DNA from: Treponema sp.
GTDB lineage: Bacteria > Spirochaetota > Spirochaetia > Treponematales > Treponemataceae
Direction: 5' to 3'
Length of the DNA stretch: 64,000 nucleotides
Assembly: GCA_014804005.1 (NCBI GenBank)
Contig: JAAVAP010000016.1
Span: 106,751-170,750, forward strand
The position numbers and the translations under genes were made by a program. The notes below the pieces were generated by a model. The model was given only the letters and a program-made list of their open reading frames with translations. It had not been told where the DNA came from and searched no databases. Below are positions 28,180 through 36,326 of the stretch, piece after piece. How positions within the stretch are numbered: position 1 is the stretch's first letter; each line of letters opens with the position of its first letter.

Positions 28180-30326
28180 TGGAAAATGTTCTCCGAATCC
28201 TTGAGAATTTTCGTTTTCGAATTTTTGTAAATCAATTCGTCATTGTTTTTTTGACGAGAGCCTTGCACGGAAAACCTGTTCTTTTCAAGCGAGACGCTCG
28301 CTCCGAGAAATTCCGCAATTCGGGCCATGCGCGCCGAAACCTGCAAGAAAGTGTCGCGAAGCTCGAACGTGCCGTCGTTTACCGAAACGCACACCGCCGT
28401 GTCCGAAACGCACAAAAATCTTGAGCCAGAAATCTTCACATTCGAACCAAGCGCATTCAACGCCGAAGAATATCCTTGCGCGGTATTCGCGACGATCGTA
28501 TTTTCAAGGCTGAGCGCGGAATGCGACAAATTGAAGGCAACTCCATCTCCCGAAAAGTCGCACACAATTTCGCAATTTTTGAAAGTGGCGGCGGAATTTT
28601 CAAAGACGAACATATTCGTCAAAGCCTTGGCGGAAGCGCGCGGAATTCTCGCCGAAGAATTTTTCAAAACTTTTTTCATCGTGATGTCGCGCGCAAAGAA
28701 TCCAGAGTTTTTCATCAATATTGCGCAAGCTTCGGAGAAAATAATTTTCGCATCATCAAATCCGATGAATTCCACGTTGGAAGCAAGACTCACTTCGCCG
28801 CTTCCCATTTGCGCCTCCCCCTTTACGCAGAAGCGGGAAAATTCATTTGAGTTCGCGATTTTCGAAATCTGCGACAAATCTTTAAAAGGCGCGAAAGGCG
28901 TTCCGTCCTCGTCGGAATTTTGCGAAGAAGCGTCCACATAAAAATTATACTTGTCCACAATCACCGTTCGCGAAACCGTGGGACTTTTCACGCCGAGCGA
29001 ATCTTCGGAATAAAATGAAATCTTGTACGCGAGAATTTTTTCCGTGTCCGCGAAAAGTGTGATTTCGCCGCCATCGTAAGGCACAAAGATTGGTTCGGGA
29101 AAATTCAATGTGTCGGGACTCGGCATTTCGAACGACAACGGAATTTCAATCGCGTCGGAAATTCCTACGAACAATTTTAGATTTTTCGCAGCACTGGCCG
29201 AGACAACTACATTTTCGCGCGAATAATAATTTTTCGTGCTGAGACGAATTGCGGGAATGTTCGGCGCGCAGCGATTCAATTCGACAAAAGCGAAAAGCGT
29301 TCCTTGGAAAACGCCGTCAAAAAAAATGTCGAAAGGAACATTGCCTTCGATTTTGTCGCCTTCAAAAACATCAATAAAAATTTCGGAATAAAGTCCATCC
29401 GCAACGACGCGCGTCTTTGCAAGCGACGAAGCGGCAAGTTGAAAATCAAAAGAAGAATTTGAGTCGGAATTTTCTCTGGATGAATTTTCGTGCGCAGAAA
29501 TTTTCAACGCGCCGCCATATTGCCGATCGACTTCAAGAACAGGCTTCGGCGGAAGCGTGATTTTCGTAATTGGATTTTCATTCGAAAAATCCGCGCTTTG
29601 AAAATAGACAGTATTCGGCACGCTCCTGTCAAGCGTAACTTCATCGCGCGAACTGTACCACCACGAGCCGTCAAGCGAATAAATCATCTTTGGATCGGTG
29701 AAAACAAGGCGCGTCCAGTCCACCACTTCGAACGGAACTTCGCGGCGTGAAAGCATTCCGATTTGCGAAGGCGAAACGTGAACGACATATCGCCATTCTT
29801 TTTGCCCGTCGCTGAAAGATATCGGCACGAAACGTTCGGCGGAGGCATCGCGCGAAATCGAAATTTCCCTGCCCCTTTCAAAAACTGCAAGAGAGCGATT
29901 CTCGCCAAATCCGTAATAAAGCGAAAACGGAATTGAAATTTTTTCTCCCGCCACATATTCGAAAACCGGCTCTTTTTCAAAAGCGGAAAAAAACGACGAA
30001 TGTTCAGGATTTTGCGTGACGAAAGGCGTTACGGAATAAGAAACTTTTATTTCGCTTTGCTCAAGACTTTTCGAAATGACGGCAACCCGCAATTCCACAT
30101 TACCAGCGACATCAATCAAAACAGGACCGTCATACGCGAAACCAGAAGAAAGCGGATCTGCGCCTGAAAAGGAATAGTAGATTTCCTCGTCGGCGTTAGA
30201 TTCAATTACCAAAGTCTGCGCGTTGGCGAAATTCCCGGGAACTGGATTCACCACCGTAACTTCTGCGAAAAGCGCGACGGCAAAAAAAGAGAAAAATAAA
30301 ATCGCGAAAAAAATATTTTTCTTCAC
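28176..30326 (-). CDS. Large secreted protein with an N-terminal chitobiase/Fn3-associated-like module and a C-terminal parallel beta-helix-like region
   Basis: Signal peptide present. EIYYSFSGADPLSSGFAYDGPVLI resembles the CHB_HEX_C-type motif. The C-terminal third has repeating short beta-strand units typical of right-handed beta-helices. Its stop overlaps the rnhB start by 4 nt. Confidence 0.55.
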   Translation of the reverse strand: MKKNIFFAILFFSFFAVALFAEVTVVNPVPGNFANAQTLVIESNADEEIYYSFSGADPLSSGFAYDGPVLIDVAGNVELRVAVISKSLEQSEIKVSYSVTPFVTQNPEHSSFFSAFEKEPVFEYVAGEKISIPFSLYYGFGENRSLAVFERGREISISRDASAERFVPISFSDGQKEWRYVVHVSPSQIGMLSRREVPFEVVDWTRLVFTDPKMIYSLDGSWWYSSRDEVTLDRSVPNTVYFQSADFSNENPITKITLPPKPVLEVDRQYGGALKISAHENSSRENSDSNSSFDFQLAASSLAKTRVVADGLYSEIFIDVFEGDKIEGNVPFDIFFDGVFQGTLFAFVELNRCAPNIPAIRLSTKNYYSRENVVVSASAAKNLKLFVGISDAIEIPLSFEMPSPDTLNFPEPIFVPYDGGEITLFADTEKILAYKISFYSEDSLGVKSPTVSRTVIVDKYNFYVDASSQNSDEDGTPFAPFKDLSQISKIANSNEFSRFCVKGEAQMGSGEVSLASNVEFIGFDDAKIIFSEACAILMKNSGFFARDITMKKVLKNSSARIPRASAKALTNMFVFENSAATFKNCEIVCDFSGDGVAFNLSHSALSLENTIVANTAQGYSSALNALGSNVKISGSRFLCVSDTAVCVSVNDGTFELRDTFLQVSARMARIAEFLGASVSLEKNRFSVQGSRQKNNDELIYKNSKTKILKDSENIFQ

Positions 30327-30346
30327 CTCACGCTTCCTGCATCACA

Positions 30347-30967
30347 TCAAAACAACGCGCTTTCCAAAACCGGGCGAAGTTCCGCGTCTTTTTTGAAATA
30401 ATGTTCTTCCAAATCTTCGCGCGAAAGCCCGACAAGTTCGTGGCTCATATAGTGAATCCACCTGTCTTCATCAGGATTCGATATTTCGAATTTGCGGCAA
30501 AAATAGTCGGGAACAATCGGCTGCTGTTCCTTGTACGTAAAATGCTTGAAATCGTGCACGACGATTTTCAAATCCTCGCGCGGCACTCCGCGATTTAAAA
30601 GAATTTCCGCGAGCGCGTTTATCGTGTTGCCAGTGTCGAAAATGTCGTCAACGAGCATCACCTTGTCGCCGGGGCGCAGGCGTTCGGGCGGATAAGTCCA
30701 GCCGTCGATGAGAACCCGGCTATTGCATTTTGAATCCTGCGAAGTGCGAACGTCGGTGTAGCTCCGCGCGACCACGGCGGCATACATCACAGGCCTTGAA
30801 CCTTTTCGCACAATTTTAAAATATTCGCTTATCACGTTCGCCATGTACGCGCCGCCCCGAAGCGAGCAATAGAGCACGTCGGGCACGAAGCCTTCCGAAT
30901 ATATTTTGTGGGCAAGCTTGAGCGCGTTGTTGCGAACTACATCATACGGCAAAAATTCTTTCGTCAT
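30347..30967 (-). CDS. Phosphoribosyltransferase (purine PRT-like)
   Basis: PRPP-binding motif KVMLVDDIFDTGNT. Confidence 0.75.
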   Translation of the reverse strand: MTKEFLPYDVVRNNALKLAHKIYSEGFVPDVLYCSLRGGAYMANVISEYFKIVRKGSRPVMYAAVVARSYTDVRTSQDSKCNSRVLIDGWTYPPERLRPGDKVMLVDDIFDTGNTINALAEILLNRGVPREDLKIVVHDFKHFTYKEQQPIVPDYFCRKFEISNPDEDRWIHYMSHELVGLSREDLEEHYFKKDAELRPVLESALF

Positions 30968-31097
30968 TCTTCAATTATAACTTTCTTGACGGATTTTTGC
31001 AATAATAAAAGAAAAGATTTGACAAATTTCCAAAACACATTTACAATGGATATGTGCGAAAGATTCGCATGAAAAATTTCTTCAGGAGGCACATGAA

Positions 31098-31511
31098 GTG
31101 AAAAAATTTTTGGCATTGTTCCTGCTCTTCGCGCTCTCGTTCGGAGTGGCGGCGGCGCAGGAATTCAAAACGGCTGGTGAATTCAAATGCACGGGAAATC
31201 CCGAGCAGTGGCTCATGCCAGCCGAAGCGAAGGCGATGGTCGGCAATGCGTCCACGCTCACGCTCAAGGCAACGGTGAACGCCGCCACAAAAGAATGGGC
31301 TTGGTTTCAGACGCTCACCGACTTCAAGAAAGGCGGCGCATGGAACGGCATCGTAAAAATCATCGACGAAAAAACCACGAGCAATGGAAAGGTCTACACT
31401 GCGACCATTTCCGCGAATTCCGCCACGCCGCTTTCCGCGTACCTTGAAAAAGGTATACTGCTTGCGGGCACGAACGGAATGAAAGTGACGCTTGAATACG
31501 CGGTAAAATAG
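31098..31511 (+). CDS. Small secreted protein consisting of one copy of the locus-specific module of about 80 aa
   Basis: GTG start with AGGAGG 8 nt upstream. Signal peptide MKKFLALFLLFALSFGVAAA. The C-terminal ...EKGILLAGTNGMKVTLEYAVK matches the tails of the next two proteins. Confidence 0.55.
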   Translation: MKKFLALFLLFALSFGVAAAQEFKTAGEFKCTGNPEQWLMPAEAKAMVGNASTLTLKATVNAATKEWAWFQTLTDFKKGGAWNGIVKIIDEKTTSNGKVYTATISANSATPLSAYLEKGILLAGTNGMKVTLEYAVK

Positions 31512-31727
31512 ACGGCCGCTCAAACCAATGCGACTGCACTACAAAGGCACTGCCCTGCAATCGCAGAAGGCACGGCGAATTGCGAAGCAAGTCTCGCCCT
31601 GCATAATTTTATTTTAAGCGCGAAGCAAAAACGCTTTGCGCGCACTCTAAAAAGCCGCTCGCGAAATTGTACTGGCAATAAAATTTATCACAAAAATCGC
31701 TCTCGCTTTTTAGAACAGGAGGCAAAT

Positions 31728-32963
31728 ATGAAAAAGAACATTGGTAAGAAATTCCATCTCATGGCGATGCTCGCATCGTTGTTGATATGCTGGTGGGGGG
31801 GGGTAACAGCCTGTAGCAACGGAAGCGATTCGGATGATGACGTGACCTCTGTAAAACTAAAAGGCAATTTTTTTGAATCAGACGATGAAAATGCCGAATG
31901 GATATATTGCACCGAGGAACTAAAAGAAACAACGGAAAGCGGAATTTGGGAGGGAGAAATAACAGCCGTAAGAGGTTGGGATAAGTTCGGACTTGAGATA
32001 AATGGTACTTGGTATGGTGCTGAAGAAGGGCTTGAAGGATCAATTACAGACGCGAAACTTGTCAAAGAGAGCGATAAAAATTTTTGGCTCGCTACTGACA
32101 AAGGCGGCAAATCTAAAGTCACAGTGAATCTTAACAAAAACACGATAACAGTCACAGATGCAAAACCAACAGTTGATATCACCCCTCCCACCACTGATGA
32201 CGACGATGACACAACATCACCAGGCAAAGATGACAATGAAACACCAGCTGATGATGAGGAAGAAGACAAGAAGGGCGGAAATGACTCCGAAAAACCTGAA
32301 GAATTTTCTTTCTCCTACGAGGCGAGCAATATTTTGGAAAACACGGCTTCCATAACGATTAAAGTTACAAATGTAACAGGCACAGCTTCGGACTGGTGGT
32401 TTTGGGCAAAGACCGACGACGGCGATGGCGATAAAATCGGATGGAATGAGACGACCAGCATATATGAAGTTACAATTACAGATGCCAATAAAATTGCATA
32501 CATCAAAAAAAATGGTCTTGCAATAACAGGCGCGGCAGGTCTTAAAGCAGAGGTAAATGTAACACAGTCTGACACCATCGACAATGATGAAAGCGGTAGT
32601 GGAGACGAAAAAAGCGTAAATTTAGTGACAGATATTTCACTTTCGGATATTACAACTACATTACCCGGAATTTTAGTCGCGCAAGGCTCTGTCTTTTCCG
32701 ATGTTGACGAATCCAAAACAATTACAGTCACAATCACTTGCAACGAATGGAATACGATTAACGATGACAAGGAATCTTGGTTTCATTGCAATTTTAATGG
32801 CGAAAATACATCTAACTGGGATAATTTAATTAAACTTGACACTTGGTCAGGTTCAAAAGTTTCCACGACCATAACGGGAGACAATATCAAAGCATTAAAA
32901 GATGGCGGACTTTATATAGTCGGAAACAATAAAGATACCACAATAACCGTAACCTACGAATAA
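31728..32963 (+). CDS. Lipoprotein with an N-terminal CBM-like domain, an acidic Thr/Asp/Glu linker and two copies of the locus-specific module
   Basis: AGGAGG RBS and a lipobox-like sequence GVTAC|SNGS. The linker reads PPTTDDDDDTTSPGKDDNETPADDEEEDKK. The two C-terminal modules end ...NGLAITGAAGLKAEVNVTQ and ...GGLYIVGNNKDTTITVTYE. Confidence 0.65.
   Translation: MKKNIGKKFHLMAMLASLLICWWGGVTACSNGSDSDDDVTSVKLKGNFFESDDENAEWIYCTEELKETTESGIWEGEITAVRGWDKFGLEINGTWYGAEEGLEGSITDAKLVKESDKNFWLATDKGGKSKVTVNLNKNTITVTDAKPTVDITPPTTDDDDDTTSPGKDDNETPADDEEEDKKGGNDSEKPEEFSFSYEASNILENTASITIKVTNVTGTASDWWFWAKTDDGDGDKIGWNETTSIYEVTITDANKIAYIKKNGLAITGAAGLKAEVNVTQSDTIDNDESGSGDEKSVNLVTDISLSDITTTLPGILVAQGSVFSDVDESKTITVTITCNEWNTINDDKESWFHCNFNGENTSNWDNLIKLDTWSGSKVSTTITGDNIKALKDGGLYIVGNNKDTTITVTYE
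31795..31803. repeat. Homopolymeric G9 tract inside the signal-peptide coding region of the lipoprotein gene
   Basis: Read directly: tggt-ggggggggg-taacagc. It encodes W-G-G-(G)V just before the lipobox Cys. Confidence 0.9.
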
Positions 32964-32969
32964 TTCCCC

Positions 32970-33005
32970 AACGCCGACGCGCCTTTGTGCGATGTCGGCG
33001 TTTTT
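32970..33005 (+). terminator. Rho-independent terminator after the lipoprotein gene
   Basis: 9-bp stem aacgccgac/gtcggcgtt with a 15-nt loop, then a T-run. Confidence 0.55.
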
Positions 33006-33205
33006 AGCTTGCCGCGACCTTCAAGTCTCGCAAGGACGCGGCGGCTTCCGTCATCGCGGGCGAAGCAAGCAACCACGCATGCACCTCGCCCGCACCATTT
33101 GTTTTATTCGTGCGCATCGCAAGCGCGCGGCAAAAGCCATTCGCGAAAGAGCAACCTTCTGCGTGCAAGGCATTTCGCACTTGGCTTTTTATGTTAGGAA
33201 AAACT

Positions 33206-34999
33206 ATGAAAAAATTCGGAAAAATAATCGCAATAGCATCGGCACTACTTTTTGCGACAAGCATATATTTCTCGTGCTCCAACAGCGCAGACGAGCCCAA
33301 AAAAGAAGAGCAACCAGGCGACGATAATTCAGGCGGAAACAACGGCGGCACAACTGATGACAAAAACGGCGACGACAACTCAGGTACATCCGATCCCATC
33401 TCTTCCACCGGCGCAATCACGGAAAGCGGAATCGACTTCGCCAAATTGGGCATAAAAATCAAGGCGAGCACGGCGACATTCCCGCAGGATTTCGTGCGCG
33501 GCTTTGACGCGAGCACAGTCTATGCGATCGAAAAAGCGGGAATGAAATATCTCGACGCGGACGGCAAAGAAAACGACATCTTCAAAGTGCTCAAGGCGAG
33601 CGGCGTGAACATGATTCGCCTGCGCATTTGGAACGATCCTTCAAAAGATGGAGACGCTTCAAAACAGGGCAACAACAACCTTGAAGTGACGAAGGCTTTG
33701 GCAAAGCGCGCAACGGAAGCCGGAATGAAATACATGCTCGACTTTCATTTTAGCGACACTTGGGCGGATCCGTCGCACCAAAAATGCCCCGACGCTTGGA
33801 AAGGAATCACCACGGCAGACGAGATGAAAACTGCGATAGCGGATTTCGTCGAAAGCACTTTGGCGGCACTAAAAAAAGAGACCGCCCTTCCCACGATGGT
33901 GCAGCTCGGAAACGAATGCGAGGGCGGCATCCTGCTTTCAAACACAGCGAACACTAGCGTCCAAGCGAAAGCCGGAAGCGAAAATTTCAAGGCGTACATC
34001 AACGCCGCCGCGGAAAAAGTTCGCGTAGCAGACGAAACCATAAAAATCGTAATGCACGCTTCGCGCGGCGGAAATGCAAGCGTCGTAAAAAATTTCATCG
34101 CAAACACAAACGGCATAGACTTCGACTACATCGGGCTTTCTTACTATCCGTTTTTCACGAGCCACGGCACGCTCGAAAATCTCAAGGCAAACATCAAGGC
34201 AATCACAGCCGCCGGCAAAAAAGCCATAATCTCGGAAACATCGTTCTGCTGGACTTGCGACTGGGATTCAAGAATCGACGATGGTGTGAATAACCAACTT
34301 TGGTATTATAGTGGCACAAATAACGCTGAAGGCCTCGTGCAGGCGGCAAAGTCGCTCGTGGATTCAAGCGGCAAACTCGTAATGGGGCTTACCACAATGA
34401 CGAAAGACGACAAAACCGTCATCGCGCCCACGGTGCAAAACCAGTACAACGCGGTGGCGGCAGTGATGGAAGCCTCGGCGGAAGCCGGCGCGGACGGCGT
34501 TATCTATTGGGGCGGCGACTGGATTACGAACAGCGCAGGAAGCGTTCCGTCCGCAATGGAAAACCAAGCCTTTTGGGATTACGACCACAAGATTTTGGAC
34601 AGCGCGGCGGTGTTCAGCTACGGAACGCAGAAAAGCAACACAGCCGCCAGCAATACGAGCACTAGCGGCGGCGGAACTTTGGTAGATAATTATGCGTATA
34701 CAGCAGATGGAAATTTAATCGAGGTTTGTTCCGCATCAAAATTTGCAGGCATTTCCCCGAAATCAATCACAGTGTCCATAGCAAATGTAGAAAAAAATGA
34801 TGCAGATGGTGATTGGTGGGCTTCTTATTATAACGGCGAAAGTGCATGGGTTTCTATGAAAGATGGTTGGGACGATTCCATAAAGGGATATAAATCGACC
34901 ATAACAGATTCGTCAACAATATCCTATTTCAAAGAAAATGGAATAAAAATCGGAATGCTAAAAGGACTTACCGCCACAGTAACCGTAAGTTACGAATAA
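33206..34999 (+). CDS. GH53 arabinogalactan endo-beta-1,4-galactanase lipoprotein with a C-terminal locus-specific module
   Basis: Lipobox YFSC|SNS. GH53 pattern: FVRGFDAST, IRLRIWNDP, DFHFSDTWADP, VQLGNE (acid/base Glu) and IISETS (nucleophile Glu). The tail ...NGIKIGMLKGLTATVTVSYE is homologous to the neighbouring proteins. Confidence 0.85.
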   Translation: MKKFGKIIAIASALLFATSIYFSCSNSADEPKKEEQPGDDNSGGNNGGTTDDKNGDDNSGTSDPISSTGAITESGIDFAKLGIKIKASTATFPQDFVRGFDASTVYAIEKAGMKYLDADGKENDIFKVLKASGVNMIRLRIWNDPSKDGDASKQGNNNLEVTKALAKRATEAGMKYMLDFHFSDTWADPSHQKCPDAWKGITTADEMKTAIADFVESTLAALKKETALPTMVQLGNECEGGILLSNTANTSVQAKAGSENFKAYINAAAEKVRVADETIKIVMHASRGGNASVVKNFIANTNGIDFDYIGLSYYPFFTSHGTLENLKANIKAITAAGKKAIISETSFCWTCDWDSRIDDGVNNQLWYYSGTNNAEGLVQAAKSLVDSSGKLVMGLTTMTKDDKTVIAPTVQNQYNAVAAVMEASAEAGADGVIYWGGDWITNSAGSVPSAMENQAFWDYDHKILDSAAVFSYGTQKSNTAASNTSTSGGGTLVDNYAYTADGNLIEVCSASKFAGISPKSITVSIANVEKNDADGDWWASYYNGESAWVSMKDGWDDSIKGYKSTITDSSTISYFKENGIKIGMLKGLTATVTVSYE

Positions 35000-35069
35000 T
35001 TTCGCAACGCTCAATGCCGCTCGCGTAGCGGCGTTGAAAAAGCGTTTCATCAAAAAAAACGGAGGAAGC

Positions 35070-36326
35070 ATGGCTACAAAAAACTTCTCGAAAATCGCGC
35101 TGCTCGTGCTCGCTTTGACTTTGGGCTGCTCCAATGCGAACGCGGAAAAGACGGACGTGTTTTCGCTCGGCTCGCAGATTTCCAAGGATTTCATGCGCGG
35201 ATTCGACGCGAGCACTGTTGACTTTTTGGAAGAAAACGGCGCGGCGTATTTCGACGAGCAAGGCCAAAAGCAGGACATCTTCAAGATTCTAAAGGCTCAC
35301 GGAGTGAGCCATGTGCGCCTCCGCATTTGGCACGATTCTTCCAAAAATGACGAAGCGGGCGACAACAATCTCGAACGCACGATCCGCGCGGCAAAGCGCG
35401 CAAAGGTGCAGGGAATGGCTTTGCTTTTGGATTTCCACTACTCCGACACTTGGGCGGATCCGGGAAATCAAAGGCGGCCTTCCGCATGGGACGGCGCGTC
35501 CACGATCGAAGAGCTTTCGAAGAACGTGCACGACTACACAAAACACGTCTTGCTCGAAATGAAAAATGCGGGCGCGTGTCCCGACATGGTTCAGCTCGGA
35601 AACGAAATAAATCCCGGATTTTGCACGACGCTTTCGGACGGCTCGAAGCCCGCGTTTTCGGTTTCATCGTGGGACAACGACGACGAAGGCAATGAAAACC
35701 TTGCCGCGCTTCTTTCGGCGGCGAGTTCCGCCGTGCGCGAAGTCAATCCCGAAATAAAGCGGATGATTCATCTTGCAAGCGCGAACGTGAACGGCTGGAC
35801 TGACCTTTCGTGGTGGTTCGACAGAATCGAATTCGACGACTACGAGCTAGTCGGCTTAAGCTGGTATCCCTTCGAAAATCACGGAACGCTCGCGGATTTG
35901 CGCTCGAACATCAGCAAGCTGAAAAAAAGCAAAAATAAGGATGTGCTCGTCGTGGAAACTTCGTGGCCGTGGACTTTCGACAAATCGGGAAAGGACAGCC
36001 AAAGCAATTATGTTTGGTACGACAAGGGCATTGAAGCCGCGTCGCGCCTTTCGGATTCGAAAAATTCCGCGCTAAAAAATGTTTCATTCACAAAATGGAA
36101 GGGCAAAAAATGCGTCGCGGCTTCCGTAGAAAACCAAGCCGCGGTCTTGGCTGCCGTGATGGAAGCCGCAGAACAGGCGGGCGGCTGCGGCGTGTTCTAT
36201 TGGGGCGGCGACTGGATTTGCGACCCCGCCGGAAAAATCGACAACAACTGGGAAAACCAAGCCTTGTTCGACCTCGAAGGAAAATGCCTTCCGAGCATGC
36301 GAGTTTTCAGCTCAGGCTCTCGCTAA
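35070..36326 (+). CDS. GH53 endo-beta-1,4-galactanase (second paralogue, catalytic domain only)
   Basis: GGAGGA precedes the ATG at 35070. Lipobox LTLGC|SN. The same GH53 motifs are present (FMRGFDAST, VRLRIWHD, DFHYSDTWADP, VQLGNE, VVETS). Confidence 0.85.
   Translation: MATKNFSKIALLVLALTLGCSNANAEKTDVFSLGSQISKDFMRGFDASTVDFLEENGAAYFDEQGQKQDIFKILKAHGVSHVRLRIWHDSSKNDEAGDNNLERTIRAAKRAKVQGMALLLDFHYSDTWADPGNQRRPSAWDGASTIEELSKNVHDYTKHVLLEMKNAGACPDMVQLGNEINPGFCTTLSDGSKPAFSVSSWDNDDEGNENLAALLSAASSAVREVNPEIKRMIHLASANVNGWTDLSWWFDRIEFDDYELVGLSWYPFENHGTLADLRSNISKLKKSKNKDVLVVETSWPWTFDKSGKDSQSNYVWYDKGIEAASRLSDSKNSALKNVSFTKWKGKKCVAASVENQAAVLAAVMEAAEQAGGCGVFYWGGDWICDPAGKIDNNWENQALFDLEGKCLPSMRVFSSGSR

Noticed and set aside
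36307-36326. 20-nt convergent overlap of the GH53 paralogue and clpC 3' ends
   Set aside because: The overlap is real in the sequence but is a common arrangement. There is no evidence that it has regulatory meaning.
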